Below are positions 50,731-61,174 of a stretch of DNA of 64,000 nucleotides, piece after piece. The notes under the pieces were generated by a model. That model did not search any database, was not told the origin of the DNA, and was given only the letters and a program-made list of their open reading frames with translations. Positions within the stretch are counted from its first letter, which is position 1. The number at the start of each line of letters is the position of its first letter. Position numbers and translations under genes: made by a program. Where the stretch lies: contig JBHGNT010000005.1 in NCBI GenBank assembly GCA_043228905.1, positions 22,444,001 through 22,508,000 on the forward strand. The letters are read 5' to 3'. The stretch is from Azolla caroliniana. Lineage: Eukaryota > Plantae > Polypodiophyta.

Positions 50731-53284
50731 ACGTTGTCACGGTATTCCGAGGGTACGTGTAGGATCTTAGGTGCAACCGCGGGGGTCTTGGACTAGGGAG
50801 ACGGATGGTGGAGTCCTTAAGCTTTGTAGGCTTCGGTGTAGAACCGGCTTCCGGCTCCAACGAATGTAGGGTTTCACAAAAAGACGGTTCACCGCGAATA
50901 AGGACCTGACTCAAATACGTTACAAGGAAGATAGATATACGCTAACATGAATATATATTACATGAGCTTTACAACAAGACGGTTACATGCCCCGAATCCG
51001 GTGGCTATTACAAAACAATCGGCTAATACATCATGACAAGAATGGGAACCGACGAAGGCGAGTCAAGTGGGCCGCCGGGACCGCGACGTCCACCGTTGGT
51101 CACGCCCCGAAGACAATGGAGTTTTCCCGTGCCACTTCGTCCTCCCTTCTTGAACCGGCCGCCATGCAAAACGCTCTCCATCGAGGAAAGGAAACTGAAC
51201 CTCCAAGTGCCGCCACTGGAATGCCGAAGAGCCGCCGTTGTAGAAACCCCAAACAAAAACACTAACTCGACCAAGAAGAAGGTAAACCCCAAAACCCCAA
51301 GCTCATGAAACCTAGATCACATAAAGAAACCCGAAACCCTAAATCCCCCATGATCTCTCACAAGATGAAGTGATAAATCTCCACTCAAGAAGAAGGAATC
51401 AAACTCATAAGACAAAGAAGAAGGAAACCCAAAATGAAACCCTAAACGAAATAGGGTGAAAAGACCAAAGTACAAACCATAAGGGAATAAGATAAAGATG
51501 AAGACCAAGAACTACCAAACCCTAAATCCAATGATATACCCTCCTAACTCAAAATGGGCAACCCATTTACAAGGGACCCTTCCCTCCTTTTATAGTCCAA
51601 GGAGGGGAGGGCGTTACAATGTGGAACAAATACCCCCCCTTATTCTATACACCATTTTCCTACTATAGATGTGCACATGTTGCACACCGCCAACTTGCCC
51701 ATTTCGCCCCGGTTTCACACTATAGCCGGAAATCTTCACAAAATCCACCCCCACCAAACCGCACGTCCACCGGTATGTGCCAAGAAAGGAAAAGGGGTGA
51801 GAGATTTCGGTGACGGGGATCAACTGGGTCCTCCGCCTTACTGACACTTGACTATCTCACCGACTCCTTACCGGCCCCGATCTGTCGGCTCCATCCGATC
51901 CACGCTTGCCTCCTGTAGGTGCTACCCATGTGTTATTGTCGTTCTCCGAATGCGTGCTCATTCTTCGGTCCTTAGGTGACCCCATTACGCGCTCCTTGTT
52001 TCTACCTCGTTCGCGGCACTCTCTCTCGGTAGAGCGTGCCGTCACCCCGACCTCCGTGTCGGTGCCCTTCGCGTCGTCCCAGTTACCATCCCGTGTTGTT
52101 GCCCATCGCCTTTGTCCCCTCGCCACCACCTTCCTTCTCCTTGGTCTTACGTTGCCTTGGCGGCTTGAACTACCAAAGTCTTCGGAATCGGTGTGGAGGA
52201 TCCCTCTCCGGCCTTCCGTTTGTGATCACCTGAATCGGCAACCATCCTTTCGGCACGTGTTGTCGGCCCTTGCCCGGCCAGATCGTGCATCGCCTTCCTC
52301 TCCGCATACCGGTGTCCTCTGTGTTCGGGGAACACCCCGTAGTAGCCCCCTTTCGTCTCACGCCGATACGACCGGTCTAGAGCCTTCTGCTTGTCGTCGT
52401 CCGCTCGCCCCCACCGGTGTTGTTGGTGTGATGGGTGAAGCCTAGAATGACTACACCCCCCTCCCAAGGGGGTTACATTAGGGAGAGAGCGAGAGAGAAA
52501 GACAAATAGAAAATGACACCAAATGAGAGGGGAAAAAACTATATCTCATTACATGCCCCATAAGGGGTTTATATAATACATAATGTAACGGTAAATAATA
52601 TGTGCATTACAAAAAGAGACCGTTACATTCTTGTCACATGCACATAATTGTGCATGTGCTCACACATACTCATCCTCACACTCATATACATTACACATAC
52701 CGAACAACCCCTTTAACATGTTTTACCCTTATACCACCTCGTACAACTCCTACAGGTAACACATGGCACGCCTGTGGATAGTGCATCGCACGGTGAACCC
52801 ACTCGCCATGACAACTATTAATGACTGAAACTCCATCGGTTGTCTCAACGGTCGGAAATCCATCGACCGAATCATATCTCTACGATCGATAACTTCGATC
52901 AGAGCATTTCTTGACTCGAACCTTCTCGTTCGGTCAGCATGTCGCTGAATTGGATCACACACCAATTGTCCTCCATTATGGCATGGGCCTTTCATGATTT
53001 TGTTACATGTATGTGTATTTTTCGGTTTCGTCATGTGAATTGAGCTTTATATTTTATACCCTTGGTCTCTAAAATTTTTACCCTCAAGTTTTTGTTTGTT
53101 TTTTTTCAAATTTCTTTTTTTTGTTTGACCCTTGAGAATTTGAAATTCTGCATTCTGCCCTCCACTTTTTGAAATCTCACGTCATGCCCTTGAGCTTTTG
53201 AAATTTCATCTTCTCTGCCCTTATGTTTCTGAAATTTTCTCTGCATACCCCTCTTCTCTTTCTTCGTTTCCTTCTCTCTCCGCT

Positions 53285-54730
53285 TTTGTCACTTGGAGTG
53301 CTTGTGGAAGAGGGCAGTAGTTATGTAGAAGATTTCTATTATTTGTTAAATGATGTGTCGCCCCGGTGTCGAAGAACCAAAGATTGTCATTACCTTTCTT
53401 TTAATTCACTTGACTTTCATTAGCATCACTTGTAAAAGCTTGTATAAAATTATTGTCTTCATCTTCTTCACAATAGTTCACATTATCATTTTGAATTGAT
53501 GCACTATGGATTTGTGGATAAAACTTCTTTCCTTTTCTTTTAAGATCAAATTGCTTCTTTCTACAATCTTTTTCAATATGACCTTGTTTATTACAATACC
53601 TACATGTGATCGTAGATATCGTCAAGCCTCCCATTCCATTTGATTTGTTCTTCTGTTGAAACTTCTGGTTATTTGGAAACCGTTGAAATTTCTGCTTCAC
53701 AAAGTTGCCTCGATTATTTCTCATGGAGGTTGCCATGGCCATGTGGCTAGCCTCATGTTGTGAACTTGTTCTTTTCCTTCGTAGTTCATCTTGCTTCAAC
53801 TTTGCTACTAAATTTTGTAAATTTAGATTTTTATCTTCACTATGAATACTTACAAAAGTCATCCATGATTCTGGTAGCGCTCCCATTAAAATCTCACATT
53901 TGGACATTTCATCGATATTATTGCCTGAAGAGATGGCTGTGTCTAATTGCTTTTGCCACTTCATTATAAATGTGTCGATTTGTTCACCTTCTTTCATCTG
54001 TAAATTCATTAATGATCTGAATGAAAAATTTTTAGTTGTTCCATCAGATGGTTGATGAATCTTTTGCAAATACTCCCACATTTCATTTGCTGTGTGCAAG
54101 TTTCGAACATAATCGACTTGCTCGTCACTTAAGTGCATTATTATCTCCATTCTAGCGTCGAGGTCTCTACTTTTCCACATGCTTGTCCCTGGTTCTTGTT
54201 CAGGCATTTTCATGGAACCATCTATTATATCTTTTAGATTATTACGCTCCATTATCAACTCCATCTGTGTCTTCCACATCCTGTAATTGTGAGTAGTTAG
54301 TTTCTCAACTACATATTTTCTTACCATACTTGATGGATTTGCAGGATGATGATTGTTTGATGTGGATGTGGATAGGTTTTCTGATTCTCCTTCGAACTCC
54401 ATCTTGCTTAGATCGTCCGGATCAATCCAAGAACAAAATGTTTTGTGTTTTGATTAATGTCTTTAATTTAGCTCTGATACCATGTAAGAAATCAAGCAAT
54501 AACACAAGAGATAGGAAGAAGATAACAAGGAGAGAGAGAGATCAAGAACCAACAGTTGTATTTCTCACATCATATGACTTTTGGTTACAATGTGTATATA
54601 AAAGAGAAAGGGTAGTTACAAAACGTTTTTATAAATGAGGGTATTTTAGGAATATTTATTTATTACTTTATTTATCATAATATGTTTTATTTTTTACTCC
54701 TAATATAATACTTTATTTTATATTCTAACA
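53285..54730 (-). mobile_element. 3'-truncated Ty1/Copia inside element C (5' LTR, PBS, gag, start of protease)
   Basis: LTR 54483-54730; PBS TGGTATCAGAGC at 54471-54482; in-frame WFFDTGATHHL just after the stop at 53401. Confidence 0.88.
53401..54402 (-). CDS. Copia Gag ORF (333 aa)
   Basis: EKLTTHNYRMWK, UBN2-type core, LMGALPESW and zinc knuckle CRYCNKQGHIEKDC. Confidence 0.85.
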   Translation of the reverse strand: MEFEGESENLSTSTSNNHHPANPSSMVRKYVVEKLTTHNYRMWKTQMELIMERNNLKDIIDGSMKMPEQEPGTSMWKSRDLDARMEIIMHLSDEQVDYVRNLHTANEMWEYLQKIHQPSDGTTKNFSFRSLMNLQMKEGEQIDTFIMKWQKQLDTAISSGNNIDEMSKCEILMGALPESWMTFVSIHSEDKNLNLQNLVAKLKQDELRRKRTSSQHEASHMAMATSMRNNRGNFVKQKFQRFPNNQKFQQKNKSNGMGGLTISTITCRYCNKQGHIEKDCRKKQFDLKRKGKKFYPQIHSASIQNDNVNYCEEDEDNNFIQAFTSDANESQVN

Positions 54731-57700
54731 GTAGGAACAATGAATCTTTTTCTGCATTGTTCATTGTTTCCACAAAGAAACTGTGAAGAAGAAGAGGATG
54801 AATGGAGATTGTTTCTGCATCGATGTAACATAGGGCCATTGTCTTCTTCTCTCTTTGATGCTTCTTCTTTAATCTGTGTACTTTGTTCTTCTTCTTCTGT
54901 CTTCTTCTTCATCGTTTCTCATGGATGGATGCCTCTCATGGATGGATGTGTGGGGTGCGTGTGAGCCTCTTTGATGAGAGAGAGAGAGAGAGAGAGAGAC
55001 TCTCAAGGGGATAGTGTGGAAATCTCCATCACAGGCTAGCTCTCAGACTCAAATACCATGCACAAAGCACACTCTCTAACACAGAAACAAGCAGAGACGG
55101 AGAGAGGGATAGAGAGAGATTAGTGATGGAGAAGGAGAGTGAGGCATAAACTTCCTCTCAAGGGGGTCGGCCGTTCAGGCGTGCCAAAAGTGTTGTTGGT
55201 GTGGGGGGTGAAGCCTAGAATGACTTCAGCCCCCTCCCAAGGGGATTACGTTAGGGAGAGAGCGAGAGAGAAAGACAAATAGAAAATGACACCAAATGAG
55301 AGGGGAAAAAACTATATCTCATTACATGCCCCATAAGGGGTTTATATAATACATAATGTAACGGTAAATAATATGTGCGTTACAAAAAGAGACCATTACA
55401 TTCTTGTCACATGCACATAATTGTGCATGTGCTCACACATACTCATCCTCACACTCATATACATTACACATACCGAACAACCCCTTTAACGTGTTTTACC
55501 CTTATACCACCCCGTACAACTCCTACGGGTAACAACCGGCTTGTCATCTCGGGCTTGGCTTGTCACGCTAGTCGTTGCCACTCCAGATGAGCAGCCGACA
55601 TCTCTGAAGCGGGTGTGGAGGATCCTTCTCCGGCCCGTGATATCATTTCTGGTTTCTAACTTGTGCAGTACGTTGCGCGCTCGTTACCTTGTTCCCGGCA
55701 CTACCGTGGGCCGTTTTTCGCCATCCTTGTTCGGCACCGCCTGTGCCGAACACCGTCCCGTACCCGTGCTTGCTTTGGCCCTCGATGGCCACTCACATGC
55801 CTCTTATTCCGCTCCGAGCTTACCCCTCACCAGCTTCCTTCCGAAACCATAACTTGTCGGTAAGGGTTCGGCCCTTGTCAACTTTGGCCTTGCCGGCCCC
55901 CGGCCCACTCTTCTTGCATCGTCGGTTCCCGTTTCCTGCCGCCACCTTCCTTCTCACTCGGTCTCACGTTGCCATGTCGGCTTGAACTGCTGGTGTCTCC
56001 GGATCGGTGTGAGGATCCCATAGGAACGTCCATTCGCATTGCCGGTTCCCGTTTCCCGCCGCCACCATCCTTCACACTCGGGCTCACGTTGCAATGTCGG
56101 CTTGAACCGCCGGTGTCTCTGGATCGGTGTGAGGATCCCATAGGACCGGTCTTTGTTCCTCCTCTTTCCATCAACCTTATCCACTTGAAATGGACCGCAG
56201 GCGGGTAAGTCGGGTGTAGCTCATCCCGATGTCGGACTACGGAGTGCATCTGACAGCTTTCACAAGTCGTTACGAACCGATGCACGTCCCGGTACAACCC
56301 CGGCCACCAGTACTTCTCCTTCAGCTTCTCGAATGTGGCCCACGTTCCGCGGTGTCCGGCCCAGGGACTCTCGTGAAATGACGCCAGTAGTTTCCCTTGT
56401 TCTTCTTTCTTTGCCACTACTCGGAGTGGGATGCCGTTTCTCTTCTTTGGGTGCCTCCATATGCACCCCTCCCGCAGGAAGAATTGGTACGCCTTCTTCC
56501 GTACCCGGCTCACCTCCTCTCTCGTCCATGCTGTGTCCGGCATCATCATCCATAGGAACCTCCCGATTTGGAGCTACTCCCTGTCGTACCTGCTTTCGTC
56601 AAATTCGTTAAGCGCCGGAGTGTCCCTTTTCCTCGTCGTTACATTAGCCGACCTGAAGAAATCCTCGCCGACTTCTTCGTCATCTGAAACCATGCCGTCT
56701 TCGTCGTTGAACCTTGCTCTCGAAAGCATGTCGACCATGGTGTTGTCCTTTCCGGAGATGTGCCATCCTTGTCATCCTTGACTGCCGAAACGATACCCCA
56801 AAGCTCGCTCTTAACTTGGGTGTATCCTCGCTGCCGCTCGCTCAATACCTTCGCCCCGAACCGGATCGGGAATCGTACACTGTCCTTGTCCTCCTAACTG
56901 ATTACCCACCCGATCCCGGTCGGGCTCGTGTCCACCGTCACGCAGATGGGAACACCCTTGCCGTAAACCGCTTTACGGAGGGCCGACGCTACCGTAAGCA
57001 CCTCCTTTAGTCTCCGGATCGACTCCGTTTGCTCCGTCCTCCGCTCGAACCCATGCCCTTTCTTCAATAGCCCGTAGAGAGGCTCCACAACATGCGCGTA
57101 GTGCAGAATCCAGATGTGGTAGAACGCGCATGCTCCCAAGAATCTGCGGACGTCCGTGACCGACCCGCAATCGTCCCTCATCGCTGAGATGGCCTCCACC
57201 TTTGCCGGAGACGGTTTCCTACCATAGGGCCCGCATAGGTGTCCGACCACTAAGATCTTCGACTGCCCGAATGCCGATTTTTCTCCGGAGAAGGTGAGTC
57301 GTGCATTTTTGAGCTTCTGCAGCACCTTCTCGCAGTCGTTGATGTGGTTCACGACGAACCTCCGGCATCCGTCTGGCCCGATAGTCTCGTCCGCGTCATC
57401 CACCGGACACCCCTTTATCGAGATGTCGTCCAAGAATGGCATGGTGATGTCCGGGATGCAGTCCCTGAGCACCTTGTTCATTGCGTTCACCATATGCGCC
57501 ACCGAATTTGTCCCTCCTTGTGGTAGGGTACACATTCGTACCAGGCCGAGAGGAGTTCGCATCGTCGTGATATACCTGCTCTCCACGACTACCTAGAACT
57601 GGTCGTACCCCGAGTATAAGTCACCAACCGAATAGATCGACCTTCCAGCGAAGGCCTCCGCGAACTCGTCTATGGTCGGTCCGATTCCTGCATTACGGAT

Positions 57701-58546
57701 GGTCACCCTGTTGACCGGTTGCAGGTCCTGAATGAAGCGCAACATGCCGTTCTTCTTCGGCACCGTAAACCACCGATTCAAATACGGGGCACTCGACGGT
57801 TCAAGGATGCCCATCTCCACCTTCTGCTTCAGAAGCTCCATCAACTTCGGGATGTGAGCCCTCGGCACCGGAATCGGTTTGAGATTCCACGGTACATGCG
57901 GTACCGTGAAGATCACCATCAGTTCGACGATCATCGAGTCCACGCACTCGATCTCCTCCGGCGAGAACGCGAAGGCTTTCCCATGCCTTCCGAGCATTCT
58001 CCGAAACCTGTCCTCCTTCGCCGGCAGTAGAAAGCCACCCCCACTGACCTTGAGCTCCCGTAGCGTTATGTCGGTGAACCGGTGCCCTAAACTGGGGTCC
58101 GACGCGACCCCTTTTATCCGCTCCCCGCTGGCCTCCGGCAAGGGTGCCGCGACCGGCCTCACCTTTTGGTCCACAGTCTTGTACTTTGTATCTACGCGGG
58201 CCGTCTGATCCGACCCGATCCTTTCCTCGAAGTCCGCGATGACTTCGTACATTCCCATCAAACCTACTGGAACGGTCCGGTCTTCTCTAAGGTCTTCACC
58301 GATCACCTTTCGCAACTCACCCAAGGTGTCGTCAAAAGAGACCGCCTCCACGGCGTCGCTGATGTCTTCGTCGGGGAAGAGGACTCCGCATCCCCTGAGC
58401 CACTCCTCCGCTCGCTTCCTTTCCCAGCCGTTGACGCCGGCCATAGTACAACCTCCGTTGTTGGAGAACCAAAATTTCCTACCTATGGTATAGGTCTTCT
58501 TCCGTACTGTACATTTGTGAGGTTTTTCCCGGGTGTCCGGACTATC

Positions 58547-58582
58547 GTGGCCCCATGCCTTGATAGCCCTCTTTAAAAATCC
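58547..58582 (-). promoter_or_regulatory. Putative programmed -1 ribosomal frameshift signal between protease and RT
   Basis: G GAT TTT TAA ends the gag-PR frame. The -1 frame is open into the RT ORF (58444). A GGGCTATC/GATAGTCC stem begins 6 nt downstream. Confidence 0.7.
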
Positions 58583-60428
58583 CCTCGGGTTTCGCCGCCG
58601 AGGGCCTCGCAGTTACGCTCATGGTTTGGTCGCACCGTCAGAAACTGGACTGAGTGACGCCCGTCCTGGCTCTTGACTCTTGCATAGGCCGAACCGTTGT
58701 CCAGCACCTTGATCTCCATCCGTGCCGCCGTGATGTACAGCTCTCCTAGTATAACCGGATGCGAGGATGTGTCCTGCACGAAGAAGGGCTGGTCGATCTC
58801 GACATCGCCAATTTTCACCCGTATGTTAGGACAGGCTCCATGTAGTTCTTCCGTGGCACGCGTCGCTGACCGTATTTTCCAGCCATGCTTGGTGTTGATC
58901 GACCATTTACCCTTCTTGTAGAAATCCATGGACATCAGGTTGATTTCGGATCCATGGTCTACCAACGCCACCACCGGTTCCGGAACGTTGCCGATCCGTA
59001 CAGGGGTTTCCGTAGTTTCCCTGGCCCAATGCGGCTTCGTGTAGTGGCTTTCCGCCAACTCATCTTCTAGGGCCGCGTCTTCCAAGTGCGTGGTCCGCAC
59101 CTCCACCGGCTTCTCCGGTTCCGGCTCCGTCGAGAGCCTCTTCCGCTTCACCAAGTCTACGATGGAGTCGTGGAACTCCCTCTTGGCGATTCCCAGCACC
59201 TCCCGCAACGACAACTCCACTTTACTGTCGAGGATACGTTCCTCCAGGACCTTTCGTAGGTCTGTGGTCCTTTCGATTTCGGTGCTCAACCGAAACCCCG
59301 TCCGCTTCTTTCCGTCCGGCGCGCCTGGGTTGCCGGCACCGGTCGGTTTCGGTCCAAACCGGGTCTCATACCTCTGCGGGGGATCGACCCCTTCCGGCCT
59401 TTCACCAGAACATTGTAGTTCTGGCAAGTGGCTTCTACGAAGCCCGTTTTCTCTTCGACCGGATCGTCCCAACCGGTGACCTCCTGGACCCTCTGCTCTG
59501 CGCGGTCCGCCTCTTCCTTCTTCAGCCAAACTCCAGAGAGGCCTTCCAGCACTAGCGGCCAGAATCCGGAGTCCTTCGCCTTCCGGGTCTCATCACCCCC
59601 GACCCGAATTCCCGCCGACACTGAGTAGTTAACGACTTAAACGTGCCGTGCGGTGGCCTCTTCCATCAACCTCTTCATTCCGTTGTGCCATATTTAGTTC
59701 TAGGGCTCTCCGGGTCTCGCTCGCGTGCACCCGCCTGTTCTAGAGGTACACCACGTTGGTCCTGAGCGCGTTGGCGAAATCCGCGCAATCCTTCCGAATG
59801 TGACCGATCGCGTCACACCACATGCATCGCTGCCCAGCCGGCGGCCCCCGGTCGCGAGGTTGTTCGCCACTGTCTCTCTGGGCGTGTGATATTTGCAGGT
59901 CACGCACCATCTGTGTCAGCTCCTCCAGAGCCGCATCTTCGGATGGGCCTTTGACCAGTCCTTCGATGCCGACCCCGACTCTGGCCAGATTGGGGTCTCT
60001 TCCTTCCTACCGGCCGGCACCGATACTGGCTACTCGAGCCTCCTCCCCGGGACCGGCCCTCACCCCGACGAGTTTCCATCGCTCCAATCGCGTTGTTTGT
60101 CGAAACGGCTGGAGACCCGTTTTACCACAGCCCAGTCTGTCGTGAGCCCTTCGTCCGTTTCCAATAGGGGACCCATCTTTTCCCTGTCGAGCGCGTTTCG
60201 AGCACCGTCCGGTCCAGCGTCGACAACCGCGCGAACCGTTTTTCGAACTCCTGGAGGAGCATTGATGTGTTCCTCCCTTTTCCGGGGCTTTCCACCCACG
60301 CCATGAAGTCCCGCCTCGACAGCCGAAGCGAGTCGTCAAACCCGTACTTCTCGAGGAGCTACAACTTGAACTCCTCCCAAGTCTGGCATCGGGCCAGCAC
60401 CTCGAGCACCTCCGCATGGATGCTCGGC

Positions 60429-61174
60429 TGTTGGGAGATAGGTCCCTCCGGATGGGAAGGGTGAAGAACAGTGCCGACGAACAATCTTGGTAGAGGCCGA
60501 TAGGCCGAGGCCGAAACCGGATGAGGAGTACCCGGCTACGGAGAGCCGGATGGTGCAGGCCCGGTGTGAACCAGATGAGGAGTACACGGCTACGGAGAGC
60601 CGGATGGTACAGAACCGGTGTGAACCGGATGAGGAATACCCGACTACGGAGAGCCGGATGGTGTAGAACCGGATGAGGTGCACCCGGCTACGGAGAGCCG
60701 GATGACGCAGACCTGGTGCGAACCGGAGGAAGAGACATATTCGTAAATATGTCTCTGAGAGCCCATCGAGGCTATATTTGTAAATAGCCGAAAAGTCATA
60801 TTAGTATAAATATGACTTAGGGCAAACCTTTTGTAGTGGTTGTCATTTTCTGTTTTGCACGAGATTAGTGTGCGTAACTGTACAGAGTGAGAGAGAGAGA
60901 AAGAGGTCGTTACCTCTGTTGTAACCGCCGCCTGTGGCGAAGATTGTGAGCTCGAGGTTGGTGCCTCAGTGAACTCACTGTTGTATATTCCTACATAGTG
61001 ACAGTTTGCAGCCTGTGGGCTGCCGTGGTTTTTCCCCTAGTTTGGGGTTTTCCACGTAAACCTCCTGTGTATTCTCTCCTTCTTCTTGTCGTGTTTTATT
61101 TCCCGTTTTCTGTGTATCATTCTAAGCTCGGTTGTGGCCGAGCGTTGTGCATAAGGAGCGTTGTGTTCCCGTCA
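60429..61174 (+). mobile_element. Solo LTR (746 bp) with internal tandem repeats, inserted in element D gag
   Basis: TG...CA termini; flanks TCGGC/CCGGC. Gag rejoins as PRVVTP|SIHAEV. A ~53-bp CCGGATGAGGAGTAC..GCTACGGAGAG array spans 60515-60730. Confidence 0.85.

Larger units (their letters stand above)
52418..55534 (-). mobile_element. Element C: non-coding LTR element with 344-bp LTRs and a tRNA-Arg-type PBS
   Basis: Near-identical direct LTRs 52418-52761 and 55191-55534 (TGTT...AACA); TSD ACCGG; PBS TGGCACGCCTG at 55176-55186 (-). Confidence 0.88.

Noticed and set aside
46089-51683. Single element with ~1-kb terminal inverted repeats (DIRS- or foldback-like)
   Set aside because: The arms are LTRs of two separate elements: A has its own PBS, and B has a PBS, PPT and TSD. 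No tyrosine recombinase was seen.
47100-52450. Many overlapping Arg/Ser/Pro-rich ORFs
   Set aside because: They are stop-poor frames in GC-rich repeats with no recognisable domain apart from a decayed gag start.
53380-53410. Programmed stop-codon readthrough between Copia gag and protease
   Set aside because: The TAA lacks a recognised readthrough context and the element is truncated, so a nonsense mutation is simpler.
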